Of a DNA stretch of 64,000 nt, positions 31,679-41,529 are shown in pieces. A program made the position numbers and the translations under genes. The DNA is taken from positions 32,001 through 96,000 of the IMG/VR virus record IMGVR_UViG_3300033553_000338. One strand, given 5' to 3'. The stretch is from a virus. The notes below the pieces were generated by a model. That model was given only the letters and a program-made list of their open reading frames with translations. It did not search any database and was not told where the DNA came from. Numbering within the stretch: position 1 is the first letter of the stretch; every line of letters begins with the position of its first letter.

Positions 31679-34645
31679 TTAGTTAATTATAAAATCAATC
31701 GTTTTGTCTGTGTCATTCCATTCAACCTTAAAGCCTTCCGCACCAGAGTCGTTCTTCACTTCAACATGCTTCCGAACTTCCGTATAACCTGCTACTACTA
31801 AATTAGTATGAATGTCTACTTTAGATCCATCGTGCCACACATCTACAGCTCTCCTTACTGTTCCATTATAAGAAAACCATGAGGAGACTGAAGTTCCAAC
31901 TCCGAAAGCAAATCCACCGGATGCATTATTTACAAATAAGGAATTAGAACTAATAACACTGGAACTCCATGCTTGAGCCATATCTACTTTTGCAGCTTTA
32001 ACTGTTCCACTCGATAAAATATTCCCAGATACATCAAGAACACTATCTGTAGGAACAACGGCATCAGACTCCCCATACCCAACGCGGATACCTCTAGCTA
32101 CTGTGAGAAGCCCGCTAGTCGTAAGTGCCATGGCACCACTACCTTGACCATGTGAGGAGTCGCCCCACCAGAAACCTCTTGTATCCATATTACTCATCTG
32201 GAAGGTCATAGCGTATTCATTAACAAGACCCCCAAATGTGAACCCACCCTGCATACCAATCGTGTACTCATTTGAAGTCCATACTCTAAGATGATCCCGA
32301 GAGGATGTAGCAAATGAGGTAATAGGTGAGCTAAATGTCTTAGCTCCGGAAATCGTTTCAGTTCCTGACTTGTGGACAATATCAGAGTCATTACTTGGGG
32401 TACGTGCGTTTGTTAGCCTAGAGTCATCAGTCTTTACTACAGCCTGTCCACCCACATATAGCGTGTTTGAAACTAATTTCATCCACTCCTGAAATGTTCC
32501 AGTACCTTCCATACCGACATCATAAGCTCTCCACACAAATGGCTCAGTATAGTCGTCTGATGTCCAAAACTCCATTGCCCCATCGTTGTTGGAGTAAGTG
32601 TACCGAATGCCGCCTGCATCATTTGCTGAGGTAGGAAGAAAGCGTATCTCCGGATTTGTGCCTGTTAAAGTTCCCCCGGTTAAAGGTAGATATGGATGAG
32701 AATGTGCAGGTGCTGCCCCTACTTCAGTGTAAGTATAGGAAGGCTTCGTTGCAGCTTTTGCCCATGTAGAAATAGCAGTCGAATCTAATTTAGTTGAGGG
32801 ATCAAAGTTCCCAGCATGCCACAATTTGAGCCAAGCCCCAAAGCTATTTGCAGTAATCCGTCTTATGTATAAATCATCGTTATCCGCAAAAGCAATCTGT
32901 TTCCCGTACGGTCCCGAATGGGATGTCATAGAGATTACCCCGTTTGCATTGTTTCCCGCAGTAGGTTTATTCAGTGCAGTTCCTGAAAAATTCCTATAGT
33001 CCAGACCGCCTACTGTGGATGGTAGCGTATTTAAGTCAGCTAGTCCGCTTCCTCTTATTTCTCCATGATAATGAACCGAGAGAGAGTATAAACCTGAATG
33101 ATCCCCCCAACCGTAGGCTGTATTCCATGCACTAATATTTGATAGGGTAACCCCTCTCCTATCGGCCCAGGAATTTAACCTCCTACCGGTGATCAGTCTC
33201 CCGGTGGCCGAGGTTGTACTGTCCGATTCCGCTTCACTTATTTCGGAATAAGTTGTATTGTTATCCGTACTGGAGATCGTAACCTTTTTAGTCGTAGCAT
33301 CGAAGCTAACACTGGTTGCACCGCTACCTTCAAATCGGATGCTGTCGTTGTTTGACCCCGCGCTAAACTGGGTAGTTCCAGCAGAGTTTGAGATGTTTTT
33401 GAAAATACTTTGCGAAGATCCCTTATCCGCATTGGTTATGGTGATATCCCCGGTACCGTAAAGCCGGCCAGTTAATGTACCGGCTAAGGTAACCCCTGAT
33501 CCCTGGATGATGGACCCCTTATTGAAAATAGGCTCATAAACTCCGGAGTGATTATGTGTAGAGCTGGCATAGCTCCCTGCAATTTGGTTACGGATATCCC
33601 TTGGATGCGCGTCAGATAATAAGGTGTGTGTAGCAAGTCCATGATCTCCATGGGATAAGGCTGCATAAAGCGTACTGTGACTATGGTTGCCCTCAGATAT
33701 AGTGCCAGCAGCAGTCCCAAAATCCTTATTAAACGCTGTGTTTTTTGTGAATGAGATTTCATTCCTAGTATCCCTTGGATGAGCAGTAGAAGATGCTGCA
33801 TGAGTGGCTAATCCATGATCCCCATGATCAACCGCAGCTGCACCTATATCCCCTGCTGTGAGATTTCGGGTGCTCCAATTTATAAGGTGCCCAGAGGCAT
33901 CAATACTAAGATTGGATACTATACTGGCAGCAGAAAGATTAGGCTTATCAACCCACGCCTTAACTGGGTGGAGATAATTATTTGCATACTCCTCAACCCC
34001 ATCTAATTTACCCTTATCCATTGAACTCATAAATCCGGACTGAAGAGGTGTAGCCGAGGAATGGACACTACCCCCGGATCCTACGTGGCTAATAGGGGCA
34101 TATAGTCCCGCGTGATCACCCCATGAAAATGCCTCATCCCACTCTGTTTGCTTTGTAGTTAGTGGGATACGGTACCCAGGAGACTCAGCAAATATACCAG
34201 TAAGTTTATCGTAAGTTATTCCGGTTACAGTTGCGTGCAGAGCAGCTTTGGCCCTGCCCTCGATATCATGGTCGTGATTACCAAAAGCCAATTGATTTGC
34301 CTCTGTACCAACACTCTTATTGGCCTGGAGAACATCAAACTTGATATCGTCCAGTACAGCAAACCCGGAAGGCTTGTTTTTAATGTAAGACTTAGATTCC
34401 GGATCGTACTCCTCAAAATCCGTCTGCACTTGATTGGCCACGTTAATTGTCCCATCTTCCCCAAAGGTGACATTTGTTCCAGGTTTCAGCTGTACAATAT
34501 CACCACCGGCACCCTCAGTGGAACCACCAGATGAAATTAGTCCAAGATCCTTCCAGGAAGATCCGGTCCAATAGTAAAGGTGTCGGTCCGAAGCAACGTA
34601 AGTCAGCCCTACACTTGGGTTATTTGGAAATACAATTTTAGCCAC
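31679..34645 (-). CDS. long tail fibre protein
   Basis: GTG start, FPNNPSVG N-terminus, GFMSSMDKGKLDG, His-containing knuckle repeats, WLKLWHAGNFDP. Confidence 0.75.
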   Translation of the reverse strand: MAKIVFPNNPSVGLTYVASDRHLYYWTGSSWKDLGLISSGGSTEGAGGDIVQLKPGTNVTFGEDGTINVANQVQTDFEEYDPESKSYIKNKPSGFAVLDDIKFDVLQANKSVGTEANQLAFGNHDHDIEGRAKAALHATVTGITYDKLTGIFAESPGYRIPLTTKQTEWDEAFSWGDHAGLYAPISHVGSGGSVHSSATPLQSGFMSSMDKGKLDGVEEYANNYLHPVKAWVDKPNLSAASIVSNLSIDASGHLINWSTRNLTAGDIGAAAVDHGDHGLATHAASSTAHPRDTRNEISFTKNTAFNKDFGTAAGTISEGNHSHSTLYAALSHGDHGLATHTLLSDAHPRDIRNQIAGSYASSTHNHSGVYEPIFNKGSIIQGSGVTLAGTLTGRLYGTGDITITNADKGSSQSIFKNISNSAGTTQFSAGSNNDSIRFEGSGATSVSFDATTKKVTISSTDNNTTYSEISEAESDSTTSATGRLITGRRLNSWADRRGVTLSNISAWNTAYGWGDHSGLYSLSVHYHGEIRGSGLADLNTLPSTVGGLDYRNFSGTALNKPTAGNNANGVISMTSHSGPYGKQIAFADNDDLYIRRITANSFGAWLKLWHAGNFDPSTKLDSTAISTWAKAATKPSYTYTEVGAAPAHSHPYLPLTGGTLTGTNPEIRFLPTSANDAGGIRYTYSNNDGAMEFWTSDDYTEPFVWRAYDVGMEGTGTFQEWMKLVSNTLYVGGQAVVKTDDSRLTNARTPSNDSDIVHKSGTETISGAKTFSSPITSFATSSRDHLRVWTSNEYTIGMQGGFTFGGLVNEYAMTFQMSNMDTRGFWWGDSSHGQGSGAMALTTSGLLTVARGIRVGYGESDAVVPTDSVLDVSGNILSSGTVKAAKVDMAQAWSSSVISSNSLFVNNASGGFAFGVGTSVSSWFSYNGTVRRAVDVWHDGSKVDIHTNLVVAGYTEVRKHVEVKNDSGAEGFKVEWNDTDKTIDFIIN

Positions 34646-34667
34646 AGTTTTTAATGATTAAGGTCTA

Positions 34668-36974
34668 TTATACGATGTCTTTCCGAACCAATCGTTGCTG
34701 AGCATTGTCTGACATATACATCTGCTTCTCCTCAAGGTCAAGTGACCGGTCTTTTAGTTCCAGGACCCGGTCATTGTAATCTGTACGGCTGTCAAGATCC
34801 TTCTCTTTCAGCTCCAGATCTTTTTGATGTTTTTCTTTCTGTAACTGAAGCTCGGCCTGTTTAATATCAGACTGTACCTTATTCAAGCGTTCAATTTCTT
34901 TCTTGGCTTTCTCCACAACTTTGGTAAGCTCCTCCATCTCTTTATTCTTTTCTTCCAGAGCCTTGGAAAGATCACCATGTTTTTCTGCAATCTCAGCAGC
35001 GTATTCGATGATTTCGGAAGGATTGTCCATCATGACAATTCTCAGTCCGACCTCAACCGGCACAGCCCCTGTATTCATCGCAGCAGATACAATAGCCTTG
35101 GCCTCTTCCAACTTCGCTTTCTCAGCAGATGAATTGACCACCTTGATGCGGTAATTGGTGAAGCTAAAATATTTTGGAATGATGGAAAAGATAACTTTAC
35201 CCTCATTATATGTTCCTCTGTAATTATCATCCAGCGTAGTTTTCGACAAATTGATAAGATCTGTCAGCAAGTACTTCATCAGAACGTCATGTTCGTCATA
35301 CAAGTGCTTCAACACCAGTGATGAGTTGTTCATCCCTACCCTAACATTTGATACGGCTTCTCTTTGTTGGATCTCCCCGATCATTGCCGGGGTTACACCG
35401 GTGACCTTGGTGGCTTCCCCATCCAGATCCAGGATAGTTTGGTTGATCGCACTCAGCGACTCCCCGTTCACGGTCATATCAAAAGTACCATGAGTAGCCC
35501 CACTAACCGCAGCAGATCCTTCCTGGGTTGTATCCACCAAGTTTAGCCCGTTCTTGAGCATCTTGGAAGCTTTCAAAGCCCGTTCCATCTCGTTAACTCC
35601 ATAGAATTCCGGAATAGCAGAGTACTCTAGGGTCAGCCCACGGACACCGCTGTTAGCCAGCAGGTTGTCACGGTGAAAAACCATGATGTCATGTGTATCC
35701 TGGATATCCTTGCACTTCCAAAGGATGCTGTAGGTGCTGCCCCCACGATCTGAATGACGAACTCCGTTGAATGACAGGTAAACTTTATCAGGATCGGTAT
35801 CATGACGAACAGCGTCCTCAACAAGTCCCATGTCCAGGTAGATGCTGTCATCAACCCTGACGGACCGGAACAGGTGTTCCTTGATACGGGTTTTCCGGAT
35901 CTTCTCCGGGCCAACCACTACCCTACCCTCGCGGACATCATTTGGATCAATTTCGTATTCCGACAATCCGATCCATTCCGTCTCATAGACTTTGATCACT
36001 TCGGAATCATCACCAATCCCGTAGCGGTCCGGAGATGACTTTGCTAATTCAACATCCCGTTCCCCTTGCTGGTTGTATTCAGCTACAGTCATGTTGCTGG
36101 CCCAGGTCTCAGAAAACTTAACGGTACTGCACTGCATCAGCTCCTCACGCTCCTCATCTCCCATGAGATGTCCGTATTTCTGAAGAATGTCCCGTCTGCT
36201 CATGTAGCGGATGTAAACAAACTCCATCGCCTCGTTCATCATCATCTGATCCCTGCGCTTGGTGTAGTAAGCATTTTCCGGGATAAGAGCTTCCGGTTTT
36301 GGTTTCCTTCCTTTCTCAGTAGAGTACACGCGGTAAACCGCTTCCCCTACCACAGTCAGATCCATAAACAGGAGTGAACGAAGCATTGCCAAGTTAGCTA
36401 CCGGGCAATCGCGGTAATCCTCAATCAGGTTCACGGCACTCTCAAGGAACTTGTTACGCCATTTCCTGTTGGTTTCCGTCTTGGCCTGTTCGATTAAACG
36501 ATCAATAGCGGTAGGCTCCTCCCCCTCTTTCTTGGGTTTGACAGACTTTCCAAGACCTGCGTACAGGCTTGAAAGCAATTCAACAGATTGTTCCTGCTCC
36601 GCTAAGAACAGGGATTTATTGTCGGTTACTGTAACTTTGTAATCAAACTCGGTGGCTGACAAAAGGCCTACAAGCACATCAATCCGGTTACGAATAAGTG
36701 GAGTAAACTTGATTGCAGACGGTGACCCTACCCCGTAGTTATCTTCGAGGTATGCGAATTCCTTTTTATCGCGCAAACCGCTATAAAAATCCCGTTGTTT
36801 GAACATCAACTTTCTCCGTCTGGAGTTCTCGTCAACATTCCGATTGATCACCGCATCGGTCATCATCATCAGATAATCAAGGCTATCCCTTTTTTCTTCC
36901 AGGGACAGATTGAATTCATCAAATGCATCCCCTGGTTCGCCCAGGGAATCATTTCCTACGTCTTTGAAAGCCAT
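34668..36974 (-). CDS. portal protein (crAss-like)
   Basis: 768 aa; FTPLIRNRIDVLVG, KDIQDTHDI, TGVTPAMIGEIQQREAVSNV motifs and C-terminal coiled coil. Confidence 0.85.
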   Translation of the reverse strand: MAFKDVGNDSLGEPGDAFDEFNLSLEEKRDSLDYLMMMTDAVINRNVDENSRRRKLMFKQRDFYSGLRDKKEFAYLEDNYGVGSPSAIKFTPLIRNRIDVLVGLLSATEFDYKVTVTDNKSLFLAEQEQSVELLSSLYAGLGKSVKPKKEGEEPTAIDRLIEQAKTETNRKWRNKFLESAVNLIEDYRDCPVANLAMLRSLLFMDLTVVGEAVYRVYSTEKGRKPKPEALIPENAYYTKRRDQMMMNEAMEFVYIRYMSRRDILQKYGHLMGDEEREELMQCSTVKFSETWASNMTVAEYNQQGERDVELAKSSPDRYGIGDDSEVIKVYETEWIGLSEYEIDPNDVREGRVVVGPEKIRKTRIKEHLFRSVRVDDSIYLDMGLVEDAVRHDTDPDKVYLSFNGVRHSDRGGSTYSILWKCKDIQDTHDIMVFHRDNLLANSGVRGLTLEYSAIPEFYGVNEMERALKASKMLKNGLNLVDTTQEGSAAVSGATHGTFDMTVNGESLSAINQTILDLDGEATKVTGVTPAMIGEIQQREAVSNVRVGMNNSSLVLKHLYDEHDVLMKYLLTDLINLSKTTLDDNYRGTYNEGKVIFSIIPKYFSFTNYRIKVVNSSAEKAKLEEAKAIVSAAMNTGAVPVEVGLRIVMMDNPSEIIEYAAEIAEKHGDLSKALEEKNKEMEELTKVVEKAKKEIERLNKVQSDIKQAELQLQKEKHQKDLELKEKDLDSRTDYNDRVLELKDRSLDLEEKQMYMSDNAQQRLVRKDIV

Positions 36975-37054
36975 ACTATTTCACGTTTACTATAAGATAC
37001 GAAAAAAATGGAACAGATACTAGCCCCCGAGCTTCGATGAGCTTGTTACTTTAT

Positions 37055-37240
37055 AACAAACTTTTAATGTCAGAAACATTGTAAGTTTCTTTTAAGATTT
37101 CAAACTTTAAAAGTTTCTTTCAATGTAAGTTTCTTTTGTTGTTGCTTTGTAACAAACTTTGCAAGTTTCTTTTATTGTAACAAATATTGTAACAAACTTC
37201 AAAAGTTTCTTTTATTGTTGCTTTATTTGAAAGTTTCTTT
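37055..37240. repeat. iteron array, putative centromere (parS-like)
   Basis: Six AAGTTTCTTT copies (37083, 37111, 37127, 37163, 37203, 37231) and AACAAA(C/T) copies (37055, 37151, 37179, 37191) directly upstream of parA. Confidence 0.7.
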
Positions 37241-37249
37241 TAATATTTC

Positions 37250-37280
37250 TTGCTTTTTTGAAATGCCTCACCTAGATTTG
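37250..37280 (+). promoter_or_regulatory. Bacteroidota housekeeping-type promoter for parA
   Basis: TTG (37250) - 20 nt - TAGATTTG (37273-37280) matches the -33/-7 TAnnTTTG consensus. Confidence 0.55.
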
Positions 37281-37305
37281 CCTTATCTATCAATTTATCT
37301 ATCAC

Positions 37306-38088
37306 ATGAGAACACTAATTTTCAGCAACAACAAAGGGGGAGTGAGGAAAACTACCCTTGCTTACCACTCTGCCAGAGTATTGTCAGATAGGGGATTTAA
37401 GGTGCTTGGAATTGATTTAGATGAGCAATCCCAGTTTGTAGACCCTTTTGACATTTCCCCGGAGGATCGGGTTACCTTAAAGGATGTAATTGTTCGTCAA
37501 AAGCCCTTAGAGAAATGCCTTACACAGATTAATGAAAACCTATACATGCTCTACTCTAATACGGATATAGGGGAGATAGATGGGTACCTGCACTCCATTA
37601 ATTTCAATTTTCAGAATGTTATTTACAAGCAGTTAGAGGATCTGATCAAGTTATTTGACTTCGTTATCATCGACATGCCCCCAGGAACTACCAAACGATC
37701 TGCCTGTGGGTACGCATTCCCGGATGGCGAAATTATAACTCCTGTATCCACTGAGATTAATAATATCAAATCCCTAAAGCTTCTGATAGATAATGTTGAA
37801 TTTGCTAAGGAAGTGTTTAACCCAAGTCTGGCTATACGTAAAGTCATAATGAACCACACTGGCCCTGCGTTGAGCAAGGACGGGCAGATGGTTATTAAGT
37901 TTGTCAAAGATAAGTTTGATGGGCTTATATGCCCTGTGTGGTTCCGTCATTCTACTGACTATGCAGGATCCGCTGCCCGGGGAAAAACAATTAAGGAGCA
38001 CCTCACAGATGAAAAGAAAATGAATACAAAGGGTGGTGAACTTATTGAGGAATTAGATGCTATTGTAGATTTTATAATTACCAAGTGA
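37306..38088 (+). CDS. parA: ParA/Soj-family Walker ATPase (no N-terminal HTH, type Ib)
   Basis: NNKGGVRKTT deviant Walker A, IDLDEQ, FDFVIIDMPP. Confidence 0.9.
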   Translation: MRTLIFSNNKGGVRKTTLAYHSARVLSDRGFKVLGIDLDEQSQFVDPFDISPEDRVTLKDVIVRQKPLEKCLTQINENLYMLYSNTDIGEIDGYLHSINFNFQNVIYKQLEDLIKLFDFVIIDMPPGTTKRSACGYAFPDGEIITPVSTEINNIKSLKLLIDNVEFAKEVFNPSLAIRKVIMNHTGPALSKDGQMVIKFVKDKFDGLICPVWFRHSTDYAGSAARGKTIKEHLTDEKKMNTKGGELIEELDAIVDFIITK

Positions 38089-38387
38089 TGACTGAAAATA
38101 AAAAAGACAACGATTCGTTCGAAGACAGGATTTCAAGAAGTGTAAGCAAAGGAGCTATGTCATCAATCCTCAAATCAGAAGAGGGTAGGGGAGAGATGCC
38201 TGAAACACTTCCAAAAATTGATACCTCTAAACTAAAAAAGCCCACGAACTACCGTAGGCCTGTTTCTATTCGCGCAGATATTGTGGGATTCTATGAGAAC
38301 TATGCCACCAAGAGAGGGTTCAAGTTTACAACCTTGATCAACCTCATCCTGGAGGAGTACATGAAAGAGCTGTCCGGCAAAAAATAA
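38085..38387 (+). CDS. small ParA partner, putative ribbon-helix-helix centromere-binding protein
   Basis: Overlaps parA stop; disordered-looking N-terminus plus RPVSIRADIVGFYENYATKRGFKFTTLINLILEEYM RHH-like C-terminus. Confidence 0.7.
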   Translation: MMTENKKDNDSFEDRISRSVSKGAMSSILKSEEGRGEMPETLPKIDTSKLKKPTNYRRPVSIRADIVGFYENYATKRGFKFTTLINLILEEYMKELSGKK

Positions 38388-38395
38388 CCGGACAA
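38371..38395. terminator. hairpin between convergent genes
   Basis: TGTCCGG...CCGGACA. Confidence 0.45.
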
Positions 38396-38399
38396 CCTT

Positions 38400-38561
38400 C
38401 TATTCAAACAGGTCTTCCAAGTCGTTTTCTGAAATCTCTTCCGGGGTTATCCCGAGGGATTTCAGCTCTTCAACTTTCTTGTCAATCTGGGTTTCCAGAT
38501 AATCCCTCTCCAGGCAATCCTGGACAAGGTGACTAATTAGCTTCGTTCGTTGCTGGCTCAT
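38400..38561 (-). CDS. small hypothetical protein
   Basis: Probable start MSQQRTK at 38561, overlapping the end of the GroES-like gene. Confidence 0.5.
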   Translation of the reverse strand: MSQQRTKLISHLVQDCLERDYLETQIDKKVEELKSLGITPEEISENDLEDLFE

Positions 38562-39192
38562 TATCAACAATCTTTGCAAGCAACTCATCCACCTGGACCA
38601 TCCGGTAGGTTTCGTCTCCAATCAGTATCTCCGAACCGATGTAAGAATCAAAACGAATCTTGTCACCGGGAACAACCCAATCAACATTTTTGGCCACAGA
38701 AATTACCACACCACCAAGGGTAGGGGCTTCAAACTTAATGTTGTCCTCCATTCCCACGTTGGTAATTACCTCACTGTCTTCCATATCCAGCTCTTCCACC
38801 TTGGTGCTTGTGATACGTACCAATGCCCGGCCTTCACCTGGCACAATTGTTTTTTCGTTGAATACTTTTGTCTTCGAGCTCATTAGCAACATACTTTCAT
38901 GAATCATTTTAATGTACCCTTTCTCGTGTGTAGGGATACCAAAACCGGATAATTGGAACACAATTGCATAGCCACTATCCGGGGTAATGTCCATACATTC
39001 TTTTGATTTCTCAAGGACCTCAACTATATACAGCTTATCCTCTTTGAACCTTACCTGGTGTCCAAAGTCATCGCTTCCTTCGGCCAGTAAAATCCCATCT
39101 TCAGTCTTCTGGCTATCTTCGCGGATAACCATCGTCTTTACATTCTTGTTAAGCGGCCTGATGGAATCACGCCTCTCATTAGTATCAATCAT
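38533..39192 (-). CDS. tandem two-domain GroES (Cpn10/Cpn20-like) co-chaperonin
   Basis: Domain 1 IRPLNKNV...KTEDGILL; domain 2 IVPGEGRALV...GVVISV...VVPGDKIRF...G.EI.IGDETYRMV..DELLAKI. Confidence 0.75.
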   Translation of the reverse strand: MIDTNERRDSIRPLNKNVKTMVIREDSQKTEDGILLAEGSDDFGHQVRFKEDKLYIVEVLEKSKECMDITPDSGYAIVFQLSGFGIPTHEKGYIKMIHESMLLMSSKTKVFNEKTIVPGEGRALVRITSTKVEELDMEDSEVITNVGMEDNIKFEAPTLGGVVISVAKNVDWVVPGDKIRFDSYIGSEILIGDETYRMVQVDELLAKIVDNEPATNEAN

Positions 39193-39237
39193 ACATTAAA
39201 GGTTTTTATTAATAAAGTACTAATATACGAAATATTG

Positions 39238-41523
39238 TTATAAATCGAATTCAAGTAGCTTCTCTTTTTCTTCAACAACCCAATTAAAAGGTGTTTTCTC
39301 TACAGATTCCTCAAAACCCGGAGCATCCATTGGGTTAGAGTAAGAGAGGTTTAACTTCTCATGAGCGCTTCGGGCATCTTTGGACTTTTCTGTGATCACC
39401 CCAAACTCCCGATACCCTTCCTCATTGATGAAGTACCCCAGGTATTTTATCTCTTTGGACTTCCGAACTTCCTTCTGTACGTTCACATTTAATGCAGCAT
39501 CGTCCTCGTCCAGCAATTCACACATACCCATGGCCACCACCAAGTCAAATTTTCCCTTCAGCTCATAGCTGAAATTGATCAGGTTCTCGACCATCTCCAG
39601 AAAGAAAATATTCTCTCCGTAGTCGATGATGTAATCCTTGATCAGTCCGATGTAGTGCTGAATTGTTTTGACCTTGATACTGGTACCTTCAATCCGGGCC
39701 ATTTTCTTGGCTTTGGCCGGGTTCACGTTGTTGGTATTGATGGAAACTTCCTTGGCGATGTACCGGAGCATCTTTCTTCTCCGGAAATAGCTGATCACTT
39801 CCTTACGCGTTCTCTCTACGTTCAGTCGTGCATTGTAATACACCGCAAGTTTCAGTGCCCGTTCATAAGCTTCCCGTTCATCGTTGGGCCGGTCCATATA
39901 GTAGGCCACGTAAATGTTGTTGGTCTTTTCCGAAGACAGGTATTTTTTCTTGATGGCTATGGCGAATTTAGATCCTTTCTCTCCAACCAGGGAGTTTGCC
40001 ACACCATAGTCGATACCATCGACTCCACCAATGTATAAATTTGCAGGTACTTTGCCCCCAGGAGCTTTCTCAGGTTCTTCAATGATGTGGACCTTGCCAC
40101 CGGCCATCTCTTCAAACTTAACGCCTGTAATGACCCCCTTTTCGTTTTTTATCCAAAATAAATCCCCAACGCGATCTTCGGGAATTCCTTTTACGGTCCG
40201 GATATTTCGTTTGACTCCCTCCAGCTTAATCTTATCAAAGTCGTTTGTACCTGATTTGCTAAAAGCTTCGCGGGGCCAGAACGGGTATTCGGCAGCATGA
40301 TCCGTTAATCCTTTTACGTTACCAGCATCTTCCTGCTTTTTCCGTTCCCGGACTTCCTCCTCTAATACCTTGGCACAATCAACTACGCCATGCTTATCTA
40401 TGTATTTAAACGAGAACGCATAAGCTGGAAAAAAGAATCCCTGGAATTCCGGTTCCCCGGAGTCTGTGAAAGGAGAGTGGAGTCCCAGCATCCCAGCTGC
40501 CTCGGGCTGATAAAAAGCCTCCATCAAGCCGGCAAGGTTCTCACCATTACTTCCTTCGTCTCCTCCGGTGCCCCAAACGACCATTGTGCCCATTTTGATT
40601 CCACCAGTTTTAATCAACCCCCTTGCGGCAGAGATAACTTTGCCCAGTCCTTTAAAGGATCCGGCCTCTTCCAGGAACACATATCGGCAACGTGATCCCC
40701 TCAACTTGCTGGGTTTGTCGATCACTTTGGCCATGATGGTCGATAACCACCCGGATGCAGTCCCTTCCTTATCTTTGGTACCTGCAGTTTTTACCGCTGC
40801 AGTATCACTGACATGCCTCAGCTTCTTCATCCCACGCTGGGTATTGGAGTTCAGCCAGTCTAGCTGGGTACTGGCCTTATTCATTACACCATCACCTCCC
40901 AGCAGGTAACCCTCAAAGGAAGCACAGAACATGACCTTACTCCCTTTCTGTACCGTATAAGTATTTGTGGCACAGGACGCTGCATACTCAGACATACCAC
41001 ATCCACGGGGCTTAACACAAACAGCATCGTCCTCTTTATGCCAACTCCATTCCAGGTAGTGTGACCATGCGTAGTGGTATTCAATAAATTTGGGGTGTTT
41101 AATTTCCTCGGTAACAACGGAGCCTTCCTTTTCGCGGACCGGTAGGTTGTAATAGTTCAGCCAGTAGTAAAGATCCCCCGGACATCGGAACCCGTTAATT
41201 TCGTATCCTTGTGTACACCTGCGGTATTCTTCATCCCAGTAGGCTTTGTACTTTGCAGTTTTAAACGGGGCTTTTGTGTAATACTTGTTTTTTTCATGGA
41301 AGATTGCCGCAGGACGGAACCAGTTAGAATCAAATCGCTCAGTTAGCTGTTTATACTTCGAGAGTTTCCATAGATCCTTATTCATGTCCATCCAGGTGTT
41401 GATGGACCCATCCATCAAGCCTTCATCGATAGCTCTTTTATTCTTCTGAATATTTGACCGATAACTCTTGGAGTTAAACTTTTCAAGAAGTTCTAACCAT
41501 TCTGTATACGTGTACTTTTGCAT
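39238..41523 (-). CDS. terL: terminase large subunit
   Basis: KPRGCGMS Walker A, FLEEAG Walker B, VWGTGG, YIGGVDGID nuclease motif, FDLVVAMG. Confidence 0.92.
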   Translation of the reverse strand: MQKYTYTEWLELLEKFNSKSYRSNIQKNKRAIDEGLMDGSINTWMDMNKDLWKLSKYKQLTERFDSNWFRPAAIFHEKNKYYTKAPFKTAKYKAYWDEEYRRCTQGYEINGFRCPGDLYYWLNYYNLPVREKEGSVVTEEIKHPKFIEYHYAWSHYLEWSWHKEDDAVCVKPRGCGMSEYAASCATNTYTVQKGSKVMFCASFEGYLLGGDGVMNKASTQLDWLNSNTQRGMKKLRHVSDTAAVKTAGTKDKEGTASGWLSTIMAKVIDKPSKLRGSRCRYVFLEEAGSFKGLGKVISAARGLIKTGGIKMGTMVVWGTGGDEGSNGENLAGLMEAFYQPEAAGMLGLHSPFTDSGEPEFQGFFFPAYAFSFKYIDKHGVVDCAKVLEEEVRERKKQEDAGNVKGLTDHAAEYPFWPREAFSKSGTNDFDKIKLEGVKRNIRTVKGIPEDRVGDLFWIKNEKGVITGVKFEEMAGGKVHIIEEPEKAPGGKVPANLYIGGVDGIDYGVANSLVGEKGSKFAIAIKKKYLSSEKTNNIYVAYYMDRPNDEREAYERALKLAVYYNARLNVERTRKEVISYFRRRKMLRYIAKEVSINTNNVNPAKAKKMARIEGTSIKVKTIQHYIGLIKDYIIDYGENIFFLEMVENLINFSYELKGKFDLVVAMGMCELLDEDDAALNVNVQKEVRKSKEIKYLGYFINEEGYREFGVITEKSKDARSAHEKLNLSYSNPMDAPGFEESVEKTPFNWVVEEKEKLLEFDL

Positions 41524-41529
41524 CTCACA

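Noticed and set aside
26903-34645. Diversity-generating retroelement or shufflon acting on tail fibres
   Set aside because: No reverse transcriptase or invertase in the window; the repeats are co-oriented and diverge at synonymous sites, not specifically at adenines.
37055-37240. CRISPR array or mini-array
   Set aside because: Repeats are only ~10 bp with irregular 16-40 bp spacing and repetitive spacers; no cas genes; the parA context explains them better.
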